Assembly (NCBI GenBank): GCA_002437405.1
Contig: DJPO01000006.1
Coordinates: 6,207-70,206 of the forward strand
Length of the DNA: 64,000 nt
Origin: Opitutia bacterium UBA6410
GTDB taxonomy: Bacteria > Verrucomicrobiota > Verrucomicrobiia > Opitutales > Intestinicryptomonadaceae
Reading direction: 5' to 3'
The notes under the pieces were generated by a model, which had not been told where the DNA came from, made no database searches, and saw nothing but the letters and a program-made list of their open reading frames with translations. Below are positions 16,536 to 24,711 of this stretch, one piece after another; positions within the stretch are counted from its first letter, which is position 1; every line of letters starts with the position of its first letter. A program made the translations under genes and the position numbers.

Positions 16536-16948
16536 GGCAGGACGTTTTTAATTTGGTGTTTTTGGCTTCGGCGGCGGGATTCGAGCACGTCGACGGCAGT
16601 TTTCTCGTCCAGCTTTTGATAATCCTGACGGCCTTTGCGACGCTCGCGACGATGGTTCGCGGCTGGTTTCGCAAGTCGCCGCCCGACTCCGAAAAATACC
16701 GCCACGCAGACGAGTGCGAAAAGCGCTGCAATGCCAACCTCGCCCAGCACGACCGTCTCGAGCGCGAATTTAGCGAACGAATGACCGCAATGAGCGGGCA
16801 TTCGGCGAACTCGCGGAAATCGATGTACGAACGGCTCGCCCGCGTCGAAAACGAACTTGCGGGCATCAAGAAGGAAAACGAATTGCAAACCAAAGAACTC
16901 TATCTGATACGCGACATGCTCGCGCGTCAAAACTCCCAGAAACAATGA
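16532..16948 (+). CDS. Membrane-anchored coiled-coil protein (i-spanin-like)
   Basis: 138 aa with ATGA coupling. A TM (LVQLLIILTAFATLATMV) is followed by a heptad-rich C-terminus. Confidence 0.4.
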   Translation: MRQDVFNLVFLASAAGFEHVDGSFLVQLLIILTAFATLATMVRGWFRKSPPDSEKYRHADECEKRCNANLAQHDRLEREFSERMTAMSGHSANSRKSMYERLARVENELAGIKKENELQTKELYLIRDMLARQNSQKQ

Positions 16949-17208
16949 CTCTGAAAGAAAAAGAACAGTTGCGGAATATCATTTTGCTGATTTTGGAGGC
17001 GGGGCGTCCGGGGCTTACCCTGCGCGAAATCTCCAACAAGGCGCAATTGCGCGATTTCAACAATCCCGACTCCGACTTTGAAGACGCCCTCGATTGGCTG
17101 ACGGCGCACGGCTTTGCGGAGGAAATCCGCGTAGGAATCGGCAAACTCACGCGCGCTTGGCGCATATCGGACGCGGGCATCGAATACCTCGACGGGGCAA
17201 ATCTTTAA
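16945..17208 (+). CDS. Small winged-helix-like protein
   Basis: 87 aa. The segment LLILEAGRPGLTLREISNKAQ resembles a wHTH. It lies just upstream of the terminase genes. Confidence 0.35.
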   Translation: MTLKEKEQLRNIILLILEAGRPGLTLREISNKAQLRDFNNPDSDFEDALDWLTAHGFAEEIRVGIGKLTRAWRISDAGIEYLDGANL

Positions 17209-17209
17209 T

Positions 17210-17806
17210 ATGAAACTTACGCGCACATGGATAGACACAAAGCTCTCGCGCCGCGAGCGCGGGCGTCTTGTGGAATATCTGCTCGAACGCTGGAATAATC
17301 CGACCGCCGAACAGATACTCGACGCGCTCGGCGAACTCTTCCCAGACAGGGAACTACCGTCGATACGTTCGGTCTCGGACTGGAAGTCGAAGTGCTGGGA
17401 GTTCGAAGCCGACCTTGCCGAAATGCGCGAAGAGGAGACCGCCGCAAAACGGATTGTCGAAACCGACAACGACTTCGGCAGCGCGAACAAAAAAAAGCTC
17501 GACGAGCTGCTTTTCCGCAAACTTCGCGACCTTAAATCGGGCGACGAAATCGACAGTAAATTGCATGACCTCGTTTTGTCGTCGGCACGTTTGACGGCAC
17601 AGGATCGCGCCAACAGAGAGTCGGCGCGTAAAGCGAAATTGCTTGAAGCCCAGCTTGCCGAATATCGTCGCCGCGAGGCGGAATGGCAGCGCAGGGAAGC
17701 CGAGCGCGAAGAGACTAAAAAGCGGTCGCTTGCGGCGTTGCAATCGGGCGGCGGGCTTTCGGACGAAGCCCTCGCGAAAATCGAATCCATCTTGGGAAGT
17801 CTATAA
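17210..17806 (+). CDS. Putative terminase small subunit (Mu gp27 position)
   Basis: 198 aa. An N-terminal helical domain is followed by an Arg/Glu-rich coiled coil. It lies directly upstream of the large terminase. The assignment is mostly positional. Confidence 0.45.
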   Translation: MKLTRTWIDTKLSRRERGRLVEYLLERWNNPTAEQILDALGELFPDRELPSIRSVSDWKSKCWEFEADLAEMREEETAAKRIVETDNDFGSANKKKLDELLFRKLRDLKSGDEIDSKLHDLVLSSARLTAQDRANRESARKAKLLEAQLAEYRRREAEWQRREAEREETKKRSLAALQSGGGLSDEALAKIESILGSL

Positions 17807-17855
17807 ATTGAAAGAGACAAAAACAGTCAAGGCGCATAATCGCCCCGAGCTGAAA

Positions 17856-19214
17856 ATGGGAATCTTTCTGCCCTATCAGTGGCGTTGGATTGCCGACCGC
17901 TCCGCCATTAAAATAATGGAGAAGAGTCGCCAGATAGGCATTTCGTGGGCGACTGCGTATGATATTGTGCGCCAACAGTCGCTTGCTTCGACAAAGCTCG
18001 ACTCGTGGATTTCGTCCCGCGACGAAATTCAGGCGCGGCTGTTTTTGCAGGACTGCAAAAAGTTTTCGGGGCTCTTGGACGTTGTGGCTTCGGAAGTGTC
18101 TGAAAAAATCTACAAGCTCTCCGAATCGGAATCAATCACGGCGTTTGAGATGAGTTTTGCAAACAAGACCGTGATTCACTCGATGTCGTCGAACCCCGAC
18201 GCGCAGGCGGGCAAGCGCGGCACGCGCGTTTTGGACGAATTCGCGCTGCACAAGAACCCGAAGCTTTTGTATTCAATCGCGCTTCCGGGTATTACTTGGG
18301 GCGGGCAGATGGCGATTGTTTCCACGCACCGCGGAAAGCACAATTTCTTCAACAAACTAATAGAGGAAGCCCGCGACGGCGGCAACAAAAAGCGGGTGTC
18401 GCTGCACTGCGTGAGTTTGCAGGACGCGCTTGACCAAGGTTTTCTCTGGGTGCTTCAGCAAAAGCTTCCCGAAGCCGACGCGCGGCAGGATATGGGCGAG
18501 GCGGAATATTTCGACTACGTTCGCAGCCAGTGCGCCGACGAGGAGAGTTTTTCGCAGGAATATATGTGCGTGCCTGCCGACGAATCGAGCGTGTTTATTA
18601 CGTCCGACTTGTTCGACGCCGTGACCTACGGACTCGGCGAAAACTGGCGCAAACCGCTCTCCGATTGCGGCGAACTTTACGCGGGAATCGACATCGGGCA
18701 CAAGCACGACCGCACCACTTGCTGGGTATGGGAAAAAGTCGGCAACGTCTATTTTCAGCGCGAATTGATAGTTTTGCAGAACGCGAAATTTTCGACGCAG
18801 GAGGCGGAGCTTTACCCGATTCTTTCCCTGCCGAATATGCGCCGCTGTTGCATTGACGCGACGGGTATCGGCGCGCAGTTTGCGGAACGGGCGCAGGAGC
18901 GTTTCGGCAAGTATCGAATCGAAGCCGTGCATTTTACAAACGCCGTCAAGGCCGACATGGCATACAAGCTTCGCGCGGCTTTCGAGGACAGAAACGTGCG
19001 CATCGCCGACGACCGCGAAATCCGCGCCGACTTCCGCTCAATCAAAAAAGAGGTCACGAGCGCGGGGGCAGTCCGCTTCGACGCAGAGCGCACCGACGCG
19101 CTCGGGCACGGCGACCGCTTTTGGGGCGCGGCTCTGGGCTTCTACGCGGGCGCGAAGCCGAAAGAGTCGTTTATTCAGACCGTTCAACTTAACCGCAGCA
19201 GGAGAATTTTTTAA
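17856..19214 (+). CDS. Terminase large subunit (Mu gp28-like)
   Basis: The P-loop-like region is IMEKSRQIGISWATA and the Walker B-like region is TRVLDEFALH, with a C-terminal nuclease-like region. The first ATG is 17856. In-frame TTG 17808, 2 nt after the upstream stop, is an alternative start. Confidence 0.85.
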   Translation: MGIFLPYQWRWIADRSAIKIMEKSRQIGISWATAYDIVRQQSLASTKLDSWISSRDEIQARLFLQDCKKFSGLLDVVASEVSEKIYKLSESESITAFEMSFANKTVIHSMSSNPDAQAGKRGTRVLDEFALHKNPKLLYSIALPGITWGGQMAIVSTHRGKHNFFNKLIEEARDGGNKKRVSLHCVSLQDALDQGFLWVLQQKLPEADARQDMGEAEYFDYVRSQCADEESFSQEYMCVPADESSVFITSDLFDAVTYGLGENWRKPLSDCGELYAGIDIGHKHDRTTCWVWEKVGNVYFQRELIVLQNAKFSTQEAELYPILSLPNMRRCCIDATGIGAQFAERAQERFGKYRIEAVHFTNAVKADMAYKLRAAFEDRNVRIADDREIRADFRSIKKEVTSAGAVRFDAERTDALGHGDRFWGAALGFYAGAKPKESFIQTVQLNRSRRIF

Positions 19215-20698
19215 TGGACATCACCGAAACAAAACACATCGGCATTGCGAGGATTCGCGAGGAGGCGCGGTTGCGCTACAACCCGCTACGCAATCTCACG
19301 CCGCAGAAAATCACGCAGGCGATGGACAATTTCCATTGCGGATATTTGGGCGACGCCGCCAAAATCTACGACGCAATCAGGCGGCGCGATGCAATCGTGC
19401 AGGCGTGCGTGCAGAAGCGCAAACGCGCGACATCGCGCCTTGCGTGGACGATTGTAGAAATGGGCGACGACGAAGCCGCCAGTGCCCAACAGTCGGCGTT
19501 CTTGGAGGATTTCTTTAATAATATTACAGTTTCCAGTGCCGCCGACGCCAACAAGCGCGGGTCGATGTCGATGCTTATCGAACACATTTTGTCGGCTCTC
19601 GAAAACAAATACGCGGTATCCGAAATTATTTGGAATCCGTCGGACGCGCCGAATCTTTCGGCGGAAGTACGCAGTGTGCCGCTTTGGTTCTTCGAAAACA
19701 CCGAGGGCTACTTGCGCTTTAAAAAATCGAGCTACGACACCGAGGGACTACCGCTTGAGAAAAACGGCTGGATGGTGAGTGTTGCGGATTCCGCGCTGAT
19801 GGAGGCAACCGCCGTCTGCTACATCGTAAAACGCTACGCCCAAAACGACTGGGCGGTGTGCTCGCAACGGTTTGGCATGCCCACGCCCGTCTATACGTCG
19901 AGTGCGGCGCGCGGTTCGGACGAATTTGCGCAGGCTATCGACGCACTCGCCAATTTGGTAAACGGCGCGGGCATTGTCTGCGCGAGCGGCGAGACGTTCG
20001 ACCTCAAACTGCCTAACGGCACGAGCGAGCCTTTTAAAACGCTATCGGAGGCGATGGACAGATACATTGCGCTAATCTGGCGCGGCTCGGATTTGTCGAC
20101 ACTTTCGGCTGAAAACAACACGGGCGCGAGCCTGCAAGCCGAGGAGAGCGAAATTTTGGAGGACGCCGACTGCGCACTCGTCGAGGAGACTATCGCGCAT
20201 TATTTGAGCGTGCCCGCGCTGGAATGGCGTTTCGGCAAGGGTGTCAAGCCCGCGGCGTATTTGCAGCTCACGCGCAAAAACCGCAAGGACAAGCTCAACC
20301 AGCTTGCCGTCTACAAGGGCGCGGCGGAACTCGGCTGCCCCGTCGCAAAACGCGATGTGTACGAGAGCCTCGAACTGCGCGAGCCCGAAGTAGGCGAGGA
20401 CACCGTCGAACTTTCGGCGTCCGCGATGGGCGGCACGCCGATGTCGTTCGCAAATTCGCAGTCGGGCGAAGACGAAATAGGCGCGATGCTCGACAAGCTC
20501 GCGGCGGCGAAGGCAAAGGACATAGAGCCGCTGTTAAAACGTTTCGACGAGCTCGGCAAAATAACCGACGCATCCGAATACGCCGACGCCCTGCAAAAAC
20601 TCTACGACGACGTTTTAAAACTTTCAAACGGCGGCGAAAACGAAGCCGCTGCGATGGATCAATTTTTAAAGGACGGCATCGAAAATGGACAAAAATAG
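19214..20698 (+). CDS. Portal protein (Mu gp29 / DUF935 family)
   Basis: 494 aa with an AGGAG SD. The N-terminal segment GYLGDAAKIYDAIRRRDAIVQACVQKRKRA is typical of DUF935 portals. It follows the terminase. Confidence 0.8.
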   Translation: MDITETKHIGIARIREEARLRYNPLRNLTPQKITQAMDNFHCGYLGDAAKIYDAIRRRDAIVQACVQKRKRATSRLAWTIVEMGDDEAASAQQSAFLEDFFNNITVSSAADANKRGSMSMLIEHILSALENKYAVSEIIWNPSDAPNLSAEVRSVPLWFFENTEGYLRFKKSSYDTEGLPLEKNGWMVSVADSALMEATAVCYIVKRYAQNDWAVCSQRFGMPTPVYTSSAARGSDEFAQAIDALANLVNGAGIVCASGETFDLKLPNGTSEPFKTLSEAMDRYIALIWRGSDLSTLSAENNTGASLQAEESEILEDADCALVEETIAHYLSVPALEWRFGKGVKPAAYLQLTRKNRKDKLNQLAVYKGAAELGCPVAKRDVYESLELREPEVGEDTVELSASAMGGTPMSFANSQSGEDEIGAMLDKLAAAKAKDIEPLLKRFDELGKITDASEYADALQKLYDDVLKLSNGGENEAAAMDQFLKDGIENGQK

Positions 20699-21857
20699 AA
20701 ATTCGGCGATTTTAGGCTTTTTCAGGCCTAAGGCGGATAATTCCACCAAAAAAACGGCAAACGGATTTTGCAACGGTATTTTGACGTTTTGCAACGCGGT
20801 TGCGGTCGAGCATACGGGAGGGCGAAGCGGCAAATATTTGATTGCCCCATTCGGCGATTGGAAAAACGGCGGCGTAGTCCAACGCATCGACATGTCGGCG
20901 GCGGAAATTTTAACGCGCAATCTCGGGTCGATATGGTCGAGGGTGAAAAACGTACTCGGCAACGCGTGCCCCGTATACTTCGAACACCCCGACCACGAGG
21001 ACGGCGAAGATATACCGACGACTGCCGACAAAACTCCATACGGCCGCGTCCGCAGCTTGGAAACGCGCGCCGACGGCATCTACGCAAACATCGAATGGCT
21101 CGACGGCTTCGAGGCTCTGCCCAAGCATCTGCAAATTTCGCCGCGCTGGAACGCCGTCGAGATTGCCGAAAACATCGTGCGTCCGAGCAGGCTAATTTCA
21201 ATCGGGCTGACGGCGCACCCGAACATCAAGGCGACCGCATTTGTAAATTCAACAACTCAAACCAAGGAAATAAATATGGATAAGGAAATCCTCAAACTTT
21301 TGGGCTACTCCGACGACGAAGCGCAAAAGATAATCGACAAGGCTGCCGACGCGCCTACCGACGTGCTCGAACGCCTGCGCAATGCGCTGACCGAAAAAGC
21401 CGCGCTTTCAAACGATCTCGAAGCCGCCAAAAAGGACGGCGAGGAAAAGGACAAACAGCTCGAAGCAACTAAGACGGAGCTTGCAAATTCGCAAGCCGCA
21501 TTGAAAAAGTCGCAGGCCGCGCGGGCGGAGCTTGTGGTGGCAAACGCAATCCGCAGCGGAAAAATCATCGAAGCCCAGCGCAAGAGCGCGGTGAAAATTT
21601 TGGCGAACTCCGACGACTTCGACGCCGCCGAAGCCGAACTCGCCGCCGCCCCCAATGCCGTAAAAACGGAATCAAAAACCGACGGTATCGCCGCCGCCGA
21701 AAACGCGGGAGAAAAGGCAAAAAGCGACCTGCGCGCGAAATTCGATGCATATGTAAAGGAGAAAACCGCGGAATACGGCGGCACGCAGTCCGCATACGAC
21801 CGGGCATGGAAGGAAGCCGAAGAAAAGTTCGAGGGCGTATTCGGCGGAGGCGAATAA
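20685..21857 (+). CDS. Prohead protease/scaffold (Mu gpI-like)
   Basis: The N-terminal segment YLIAPFGDWKNGG...PVYFEHP resembles the Mu-like prophage I protease. The C-terminal half is an Ala/Lys/Glu-rich coiled coil (scaffold). Confidence 0.7.
   Translation: MDKNRNSAILGFFRPKADNSTKKTANGFCNGILTFCNAVAVEHTGGRSGKYLIAPFGDWKNGGVVQRIDMSAAEILTRNLGSIWSRVKNVLGNACPVYFEHPDHEDGEDIPTTADKTPYGRVRSLETRADGIYANIEWLDGFEALPKHLQISPRWNAVEIAENIVRPSRLISIGLTAHPNIKATAFVNSTTQTKEINMDKEILKLLGYSDDEAQKIIDKAADAPTDVLERLRNALTEKAALSNDLEAAKKDGEEKDKQLEATKTELANSQAALKKSQAARAELVVANAIRSGKIIEAQRKSAVKILANSDDFDAAEAELAAAPNAVKTESKTDGIAAAENAGEKAKSDLRAKFDAYVKEKTAEYGGTQSAYDRAWKEAEEKFEGVFGGGE
21276..21857 (+). CDS. Nested in-frame scaffold protein (Mu gpZ-like internal start)
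   Basis: In-frame ATG 21276 (MDKEILKLLGY) is preceded by an AAGGAAA SD (21264-21270), exactly at the protease/coiled-coil boundary. Confidence 0.4.
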   Translation: MDKEILKLLGYSDDEAQKIIDKAADAPTDVLERLRNALTEKAALSNDLEAAKKDGEEKDKQLEATKTELANSQAALKKSQAARAELVVANAIRSGKIIEAQRKSAVKILANSDDFDAAEAELAAAPNAVKTESKTDGIAAAENAGEKAKSDLRAKFDAYVKEKTAEYGGTQSAYDRAWKEAEEKFEGVFGGGE

Positions 21858-21880
21858 TTTAACTCAACAAGGACAAACTC

Positions 21881-22294
21881 ATGAACGAAGGAACACACAA
21901 AAACAATATCACAAAAACGGCGTCCGCGACAATGCCGCGCGGAGCGTTCGTAAAACTTACCGCCGCCGATGCGGGCAAAGTGGAAGCCTGTTCGGCAACC
22001 GACACCGACGCCATCGGCGTACTGCTCGACTCGGTCGATGCGGGCGACAACGTGGCGGTCGAACTGCTCGGAGTGTCGAACCGCACAATCGTAGCTCTTG
22101 CCGACGGCGAAATTTCGGCGGGCGGCAAAGTCTGCCTTTCGGCAAACGGCGCGGTTAAGGCGATTCCCGCAAAGGGCGCGAGCGCGCAGACCGTGCAGGT
22201 CGTGGGCTTGGCTCTCGGCAATTCGGTCGGCAAGGGAGACCTCGTCGAAATCATAGCGCACCGCTGCGAACAGCTGACAATCGCCGCACAGTAA
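21881..22294 (+). CDS. Head decoration/cement protein (DUF2190-like)
   Basis: 137 aa. The Gly/Val-rich beta pattern AIGVLLDSVDAGDNVAVELLGV...GGKVCLSANGAV lies immediately upstream of the capsid gene. Confidence 0.55.
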   Translation: MNEGTHKNNITKTASATMPRGAFVKLTAADAGKVEACSATDTDAIGVLLDSVDAGDNVAVELLGVSNRTIVALADGEISAGGKVCLSANGAVKAIPAKGASAQTVQVVGLALGNSVGKGDLVEIIAHRCEQLTIAAQ

Positions 22295-22313
22295 TCTCTA
22301 AAAAAGGACAACA

Positions 22314-23243
22314 ATGAGAAACAAAATCACACTTGCAAATAGCGACGCCTACAACGCCGCGAATCTTTCCGAACCGCTTTCCGCGTATTGCGCGGGACTG
22401 CCCGTCGACGAAGGGTCGGCCGAACTGCTGGCGTTTATCGCCCCCGAGGTCAAAACCGCCCGCCGCTTCGAATACAACAAATTCGGCGACGGCACAATGC
22501 TCGTAGACGAGGACGACGAACGCGCGGTTCGCGGCGAATTCAAATCAATCTCCGTATCCGGCGATGTCGTCAACGCAAAGCTCGTCAACCACGGTTTGAC
22601 TTTGGCTATCGACGACGACGAATTCTTCGCGGATTACGAGCAGGAGGCCGTAAGAATCCTCAAGAACCGTCTTATCGCAAACGAGCTTTCCCGCGCAATC
22701 GCCATGGCGAAAGCCGCTGCGGGCACGCTCGAAAGCAAAACGTGGAAGAGCGGCGGCGGAACGAATCCCGACCTCGACATCCGCAAGCTCATTACTTCCG
22801 TGGGCGACAAGGGCGGCGTCAACGCAAACCGCGTGCTCATCGGCGACGCCGCTTGGACGTATCGATTGGAGAGCCTGCTCGGCTCGCAAAACGTGGCGTC
22901 CGGCGGACAGGCGATGTTCACGATCGACAACCTGCGCGGCTTTGTCGGCGCGGAAAAAATCCTCACCTGCGACAAGCGTTTCGAGACGAAAGTCAAGGAT
23001 AGCGACGGCAAGGCGGCGAAAGAATACAAGGCGTTCCTCGCGAACTACGTTCTGGCATTCAACGCCCGCGACGGTATCAGCAAGTTCGATCCATCCACGT
23101 TCAAGCGTTTCGTCGGCGAAGAGGGCTTCCAAGTCTACGTCGAAAAGAAGACGAAGCGCACGATCGTCACGGTCGAACACTACTCGCTGCTCGCGCAGAC
23201 TGGCGTCGGTGCGTGTAAGGGTTTGACGGTTGTAAATTCCTAA
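22314..23243 (+). CDS. Major capsid protein
   Basis: 309 aa. It lies after the scaffold and decoration genes and its size is typical of HK97-fold capsid proteins. I recognise no specific motif. Confidence 0.6.
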   Translation: MRNKITLANSDAYNAANLSEPLSAYCAGLPVDEGSAELLAFIAPEVKTARRFEYNKFGDGTMLVDEDDERAVRGEFKSISVSGDVVNAKLVNHGLTLAIDDDEFFADYEQEAVRILKNRLIANELSRAIAMAKAAAGTLESKTWKSGGGTNPDLDIRKLITSVGDKGGVNANRVLIGDAAWTYRLESLLGSQNVASGGQAMFTIDNLRGFVGAEKILTCDKRFETKVKDSDGKAAKEYKAFLANYVLAFNARDGISKFDPSTFKRFVGEEGFQVYVEKKTKRTIVTVEHYSLLAQTGVGACKGLTVVNS

Positions 23244-23320
23244 CCGACATCGGCGGGCGCGGGGCAAACCCGCTCCGCGCCCTTTCTTCAATTTTCAAAA
23301 CAGCAGTAAATTTTTCATAA

Positions 23321-24205
23321 ATGAACCCAGTTTTTCCATATTCGGGCGGCAAACGCAGATTGTTAAAATACATTCTGCCTGTGATACCCGAACACTCCAC
23401 GTACATTGAGCCGTTTGCGGGCGGGCTTGCCGTGTTTTTGGCGAAGTCCCGCGCGAAGGTCGAAGTTATCAACGACCTCAACGCCGAAGTTTCGGGCTTT
23501 TATCTTTATGTCCGCGAACATCTCGAAAGCCTGCTTGCCGAAATGGATTGGTATTTGCACTCGGTGGATATTTTCAACAGGCTTCGCGACTCGCGCGGGC
23601 TTACGGAGCTTCAAAAAGTGGCGCGGTGGTATTTGCTCAAAGTTTCGTCGTTTTCGGGTTTCGGCGGCTATTACGCCCGGGATTCGCGCGGCTATCGCGG
23701 GTTTTCGCGCGACAGGCACGTGCCCGCAATCCGCGCTCTGCACGAGCGGTTCAAAGGCGTTTACATCGAGCAGCGCGACTGGCAGCAGGTGGTCGATTTC
23801 TACGACTCCGAAAACGCGTTTGTGTATTTTGACCCGCCGTATTGCACGGGCGACAGCGGCACTTATGAGGCGTTTTCGCCCGAGGATATGGAGATTCTGC
23901 GAAACAGGCTCTACACGCTCAAAGGCAAGTGGCTTCTCTCCTGCGACGGCTCGGACATTTGCCGCGAAATCTTCGGCGACTTCGCCAAAGTCGAAATCCC
24001 CTTTAAATATTCGGCGGGTACGGGCGACCGCGTGCGCCCCGAGAAGTCGGAAATGATCGTCGCCTGCGACGCCCTTGCGGAGTCTTTGCAGAACGCCTGT
24101 AAAGGCGTCAAAACCCCGATTTTATCGGCAGATGATACCCCCCCCACCCACCCACCCGAGTGCAAATATTCCTACAATGCCTCTGCGCGGCGTAGGGCGG
24201 CATAA
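23321..24205 (+). CDS. N6-adenine DNA methyltransferase (Dam/D12 class), orphan
   Basis: N-terminal segment FPYSGGKRRLLKYILPVIP, AdoMet motif EPFAGGLAVFL and catalytic motif VYFDPPY. Confidence 0.9.
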   Translation: MNPVFPYSGGKRRLLKYILPVIPEHSTYIEPFAGGLAVFLAKSRAKVEVINDLNAEVSGFYLYVREHLESLLAEMDWYLHSVDIFNRLRDSRGLTELQKVARWYLLKVSSFSGFGGYYARDSRGYRGFSRDRHVPAIRALHERFKGVYIEQRDWQQVVDFYDSENAFVYFDPPYCTGDSGTYEAFSPEDMEILRNRLYTLKGKWLLSCDGSDICREIFGDFAKVEIPFKYSAGTGDRVRPEKSEMIVACDALAESLQNACKGVKTPILSADDTPPTHPPECKYSYNASARRRAA

Positions 24206-24230
24206 CAAAGCGACTTAAAAAAGGAAATAT

Positions 24231-24686
24231 ATGTCTTGGATTAGTCTTACTGAGCGAAACGTCGCCAAGTATCAGGCGGGCGGAATGGTGGAGGCCTACA
24301 AGTCGGCGGCGTTGTCGGACGAAACGCTCGAACCGCTCGCCGAGGTGATTGCGGGCACGGTAAATCTCGTGCGCGGATACATCAAAACGGGCGGCTATTC
24401 CGTCGACCGCGACGGCTCGAAAATTCCGTCGGAGTTGGAAACCGCCGCCCTTGCGATAATCGTCGCCACAATCAAGCCCCGAATTATGCAGGAGCTTTCG
24501 TCGACCGAATCGGCGAACCTCTCTGACGCGCGGCAGTTGCTGCGCGACATTGCCGCAAAAAAGTTCGACGTATCCACGCCCGACGAACCCGAAGCCGCCT
24601 CCGAAACAACCCAGTCGAGCGGCGGCTGCGCCCTTGTGCGCCCCGCGCGCGGGACGCCGCAACGGAGCGATTATGACGGACTCTAA
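24231..24686 (+). CDS. Head-tail adaptor candidate (Mu gp36 / DUF1320-like)
   Basis: 151 aa, helical, located in the head-completion region. The resemblance is weak. Confidence 0.35.
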   Translation: MSWISLTERNVAKYQAGGMVEAYKSAALSDETLEPLAEVIAGTVNLVRGYIKTGGYSVDRDGSKIPSELETAALAIIVATIKPRIMQELSSTESANLSDARQLLRDIAAKKFDVSTPDEPEAASETTQSSGGCALVRPARGTPQRSDYDGL

Positions 24687-24711
24687 TTTTAACGAACGCG
24701 AAATTTAACAA

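Noticed and set aside
16344-16948. Confident annotation as a canonical Rz/Rz1 spanin pair
   Set aside because: The gene order is reversed relative to known two-component spanins, the lipoprotein is not Pro-rich, and no endolysin is nearby. I keep these only as low-confidence 'spanin-like' calls.
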